Below are positions 61,640 through 64,000 of a DNA stretch of 64,000 nt, piece after piece. Each line of letters opens with the position of its first letter. Position 1 is the first letter of the stretch. The notes under the pieces were generated by a model, which worked only from the letters and a program-made list of their open reading frames with translations, had not been told where the DNA came from and made no database searches. A program made the translations under genes and the position numbers. The stretch comes from Eledone cirrhosa (taxonomy: Eukaryota): assembly GCA_964016885.1 (NCBI GenBank), contig OZ024749.1, positions 29,264,001 through 29,328,000 on the forward strand. Direction: 5' to 3'.

Positions 61640-62300
61640 CTGGATGTTTATTCAGTTTAGTATAGGTACACTGTATCCCTGTTTGATTCTGGTTTACAAT
61701 AGATACACTGTATCCCTGTGTATATCTGGTTTACAATAGGTACACTGTATCCCTGTGTATATCTGGTTTACAATAGGTATACCATATTCCTGTGCGTATC
61801 AGGTTTAGAATAGGTACACTGCACCCCTGTGTGAATCTAGTTTAAAATAGGTACTCTGTATCCATGGATGTTTATTCAGTTTCCAATAGATACACTGTAT
61901 CCCTGTGTATATCTGGTTTACAATAGGTACACTATATCCCTGTATGTATCTGGTTTACAAAAGGTACACTATCCTTGTATGTATATAGTTTACAATAGGG
62001 ACACTGTATCCATGTGATTCTGGTTTACAATAGTGCCACCATATTCCTGTGCGTATCTGGTTTAGAATAGGTACACTGTATCCCTGTGTATATCTGGTTT
62101 ACAATAGGTACACCATATTCCTGGATATATCTGGTTTACAATAGGTACACTGTGTCCCTGTGTGTATCTGGTTTACAATAGGTACACTTTATCCCTGTAT
62201 GTAGCTGGTTTACAATAGGTACACTTTATCCCTGTATGTATCTGGTTTACAATAGGTATGCAATATTTCTGTGCGTATCTGGTTTACACTGTATCTCTGG
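61640..62300 (-). repeat. 37-bp minisatellite, about 17 units; reverse complement of the 36740-37030 array
   Basis: Unit GGTTTACAATAGGTACACTGTATCCCTGTGTATATCT. Confidence 0.9.
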
Positions 62301-62613
62301 ACATTGTAAGAGGTGACTAAAAGGTTTGGCATCAGGAAGGACATTGTCATTTTACATTGCTTCAGAAAGGACCCCCAGAATGAATAAGAATGTTGCCTTG
62401 GGGCCTAAAAGGCACCCCCACCCCTCTACTTTAGCAAGGGAATTGGCCTTAAAATACTTATTGGTGGAGTTAAAGAAAGCAAACTCCACCTAAGGGCCAG
62501 GTGGTGGTGTTAAACAGAGTGGACTGTACTAAAGTAGTGCTGGTGGTGGTGGTGGTGATGATGGGGTGGTCATTGTGGTTGTAGTGGTAGTGATGATAAT
62601 GATGGTAGTGGTG

Positions 62614-62645
<32 letters not shown>

Positions 62646-63533
62646 AGTGGTGATGATAGCAATGAAGGTGATGATAATGATAGCAGTGATGATGGTGATG
62701 AGGATGGTGGTGGTGGTGGTGGTGAGATACATTAGGTAATCATAAACAACTTTCTATATGTTTTTCTTTACACAATATTCTATGTTGGTTTAACTATTGT
62801 TTCACACGTCATTACTTTCTCATCAGAAACCACTTAACTTTCTCTCAATAGATCATTGTCAAACAAAATCTGACGTCAGCCTTATTGAGTACTTTATTAA
62901 ACCAACTATGGTAATTTAAATATTTGTGCATTCTTCGTAGTTAGATCAATCAGATGTCCAATGTATCTAATTAATTTTAATTAGTTTATAGTTTTATTTA
63001 ATAAAGTATTATAACATCAAACACTAACACTTTTAATGTATCATTAATTTATTTAAATCTTTTGATACCAACCAGTTCCCAAAACCACCACTGGTTCTAT
63101 AGAACAAAACCATCCATTTTAAAGGGTTCTTGTTAAAATATTTTGATACCAACCAAGCTAAAACTGCCTCTGGTTCTATAGAACCAAACTATCAATTTTA
63201 AAGGGTTCTTATTAACAAATGTTGATAACAACCCACGTAAACCTGTCTCTGGAGGGTTGTTATTTAAAAATTTTCATACCAACCTCCCCGCCAACCAGCT
63301 CTGGTTCTATGAAACAAAACTACCCATTTTAAAGGGTTCCTATTTAGCCCTTTTGATACCAACTTGGCCAACATGCTTTACGGCATTAAGTTATGGCTCT
63401 TTATGTTCTGAGTTCAAATCCCGTCGAGGTTAGCTTTTCCTTTTATCCCTATTGGTTCAATTTAATTGACTTTCTCCTTCCCTTCATGTGCATACCAAAT
63501 GTAGAAACAGTTATTATTATCATTGCTGTTGTT

Positions 63534-63578
<45 letters not shown>

Positions 63579-64000
63579 CAGTAGTAGTAGCAGCAGCAGT
63601 AGTAGTAGCAGCAGCAGTAATCTCAGTCATATTGATAACTTCAACAAAATTTGTGGTTAAAAGAGGCAAAATAAAAATATCATGAATATTTGAATGGTTT
63701 CACTTCATTAAGGGTTTTTTGGCAAGATATTGCATAAGATTGGTAGATATGTATCTAGTTTTTTGTTGGATCACCAGTCTGAAGAGCAGATCGATAATGG
63801 AGTTGGGTCCATAACTTCTATAGGTAACTCTGAGCCAATCCTCTGTGAAATGCATGTAACAGGTTGATACTAGCTTAGACTAGGATTTTTCATATTTCCT
63901 TATTAGTTCTTTATGCTTAGTTTGGATCAATAGTATTTGTAAATCCATGTGTGTTTTAAGGTTTCAAGGCTTTCACAGCCCCATTATCAGAATCAGAATG

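Noticed and set aside
61640-62300. 37-bp repeats of CRISPR-like length
   Set aside because: Units are contiguous with no unique spacers, there are no cas genes, and the context is eukaryotic.
63758-63823. Possible + strand exon (FLLDHQSEEQIDNGVGSITSI|GTAAC)
   Set aside because: Weak acceptor, no recognisable homology and no partner exons.

Overview
Eukaryotic, AT- and microsatellite-rich animal DNA. The SINE/LINE repertoire suggests a coleoid cephalopod such as Octopus; that is inference. Two host genes are supported, arranged convergently. (1) A serpin whose CDS lies in one exon on + (25018-26346), with a signal peptide, a short heptad repeat, a non-inhibitory-looking hinge and a C-terminal HDEL. 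(2) A complete 24-coding-exon eIF2A gene on - (52046 to 28405), reconstructed by hand and not captured as a gene by the ORF track. The eIF2A gene is unusual: a GC-AG intron 2, two consecutive minor-spliceosome (U12) introns (one GT-AG, one AT-AC), and seven tandem, in-frame, phase 0-0 copies of one Lys-rich C-terminal exon. The rest is mobile DNA: Tx1/L1-clade LINEs, a Penelope-like element, CR1 and RTE remnants, three SINE families and several MITEs. About ten minimal hammerhead-ribozyme motifs occur, some degenerate, including two in a 448-bp near-perfect palindrome inside eIF2A intron 4. Most ORFs in the supplied track are microsatellite artefacts.
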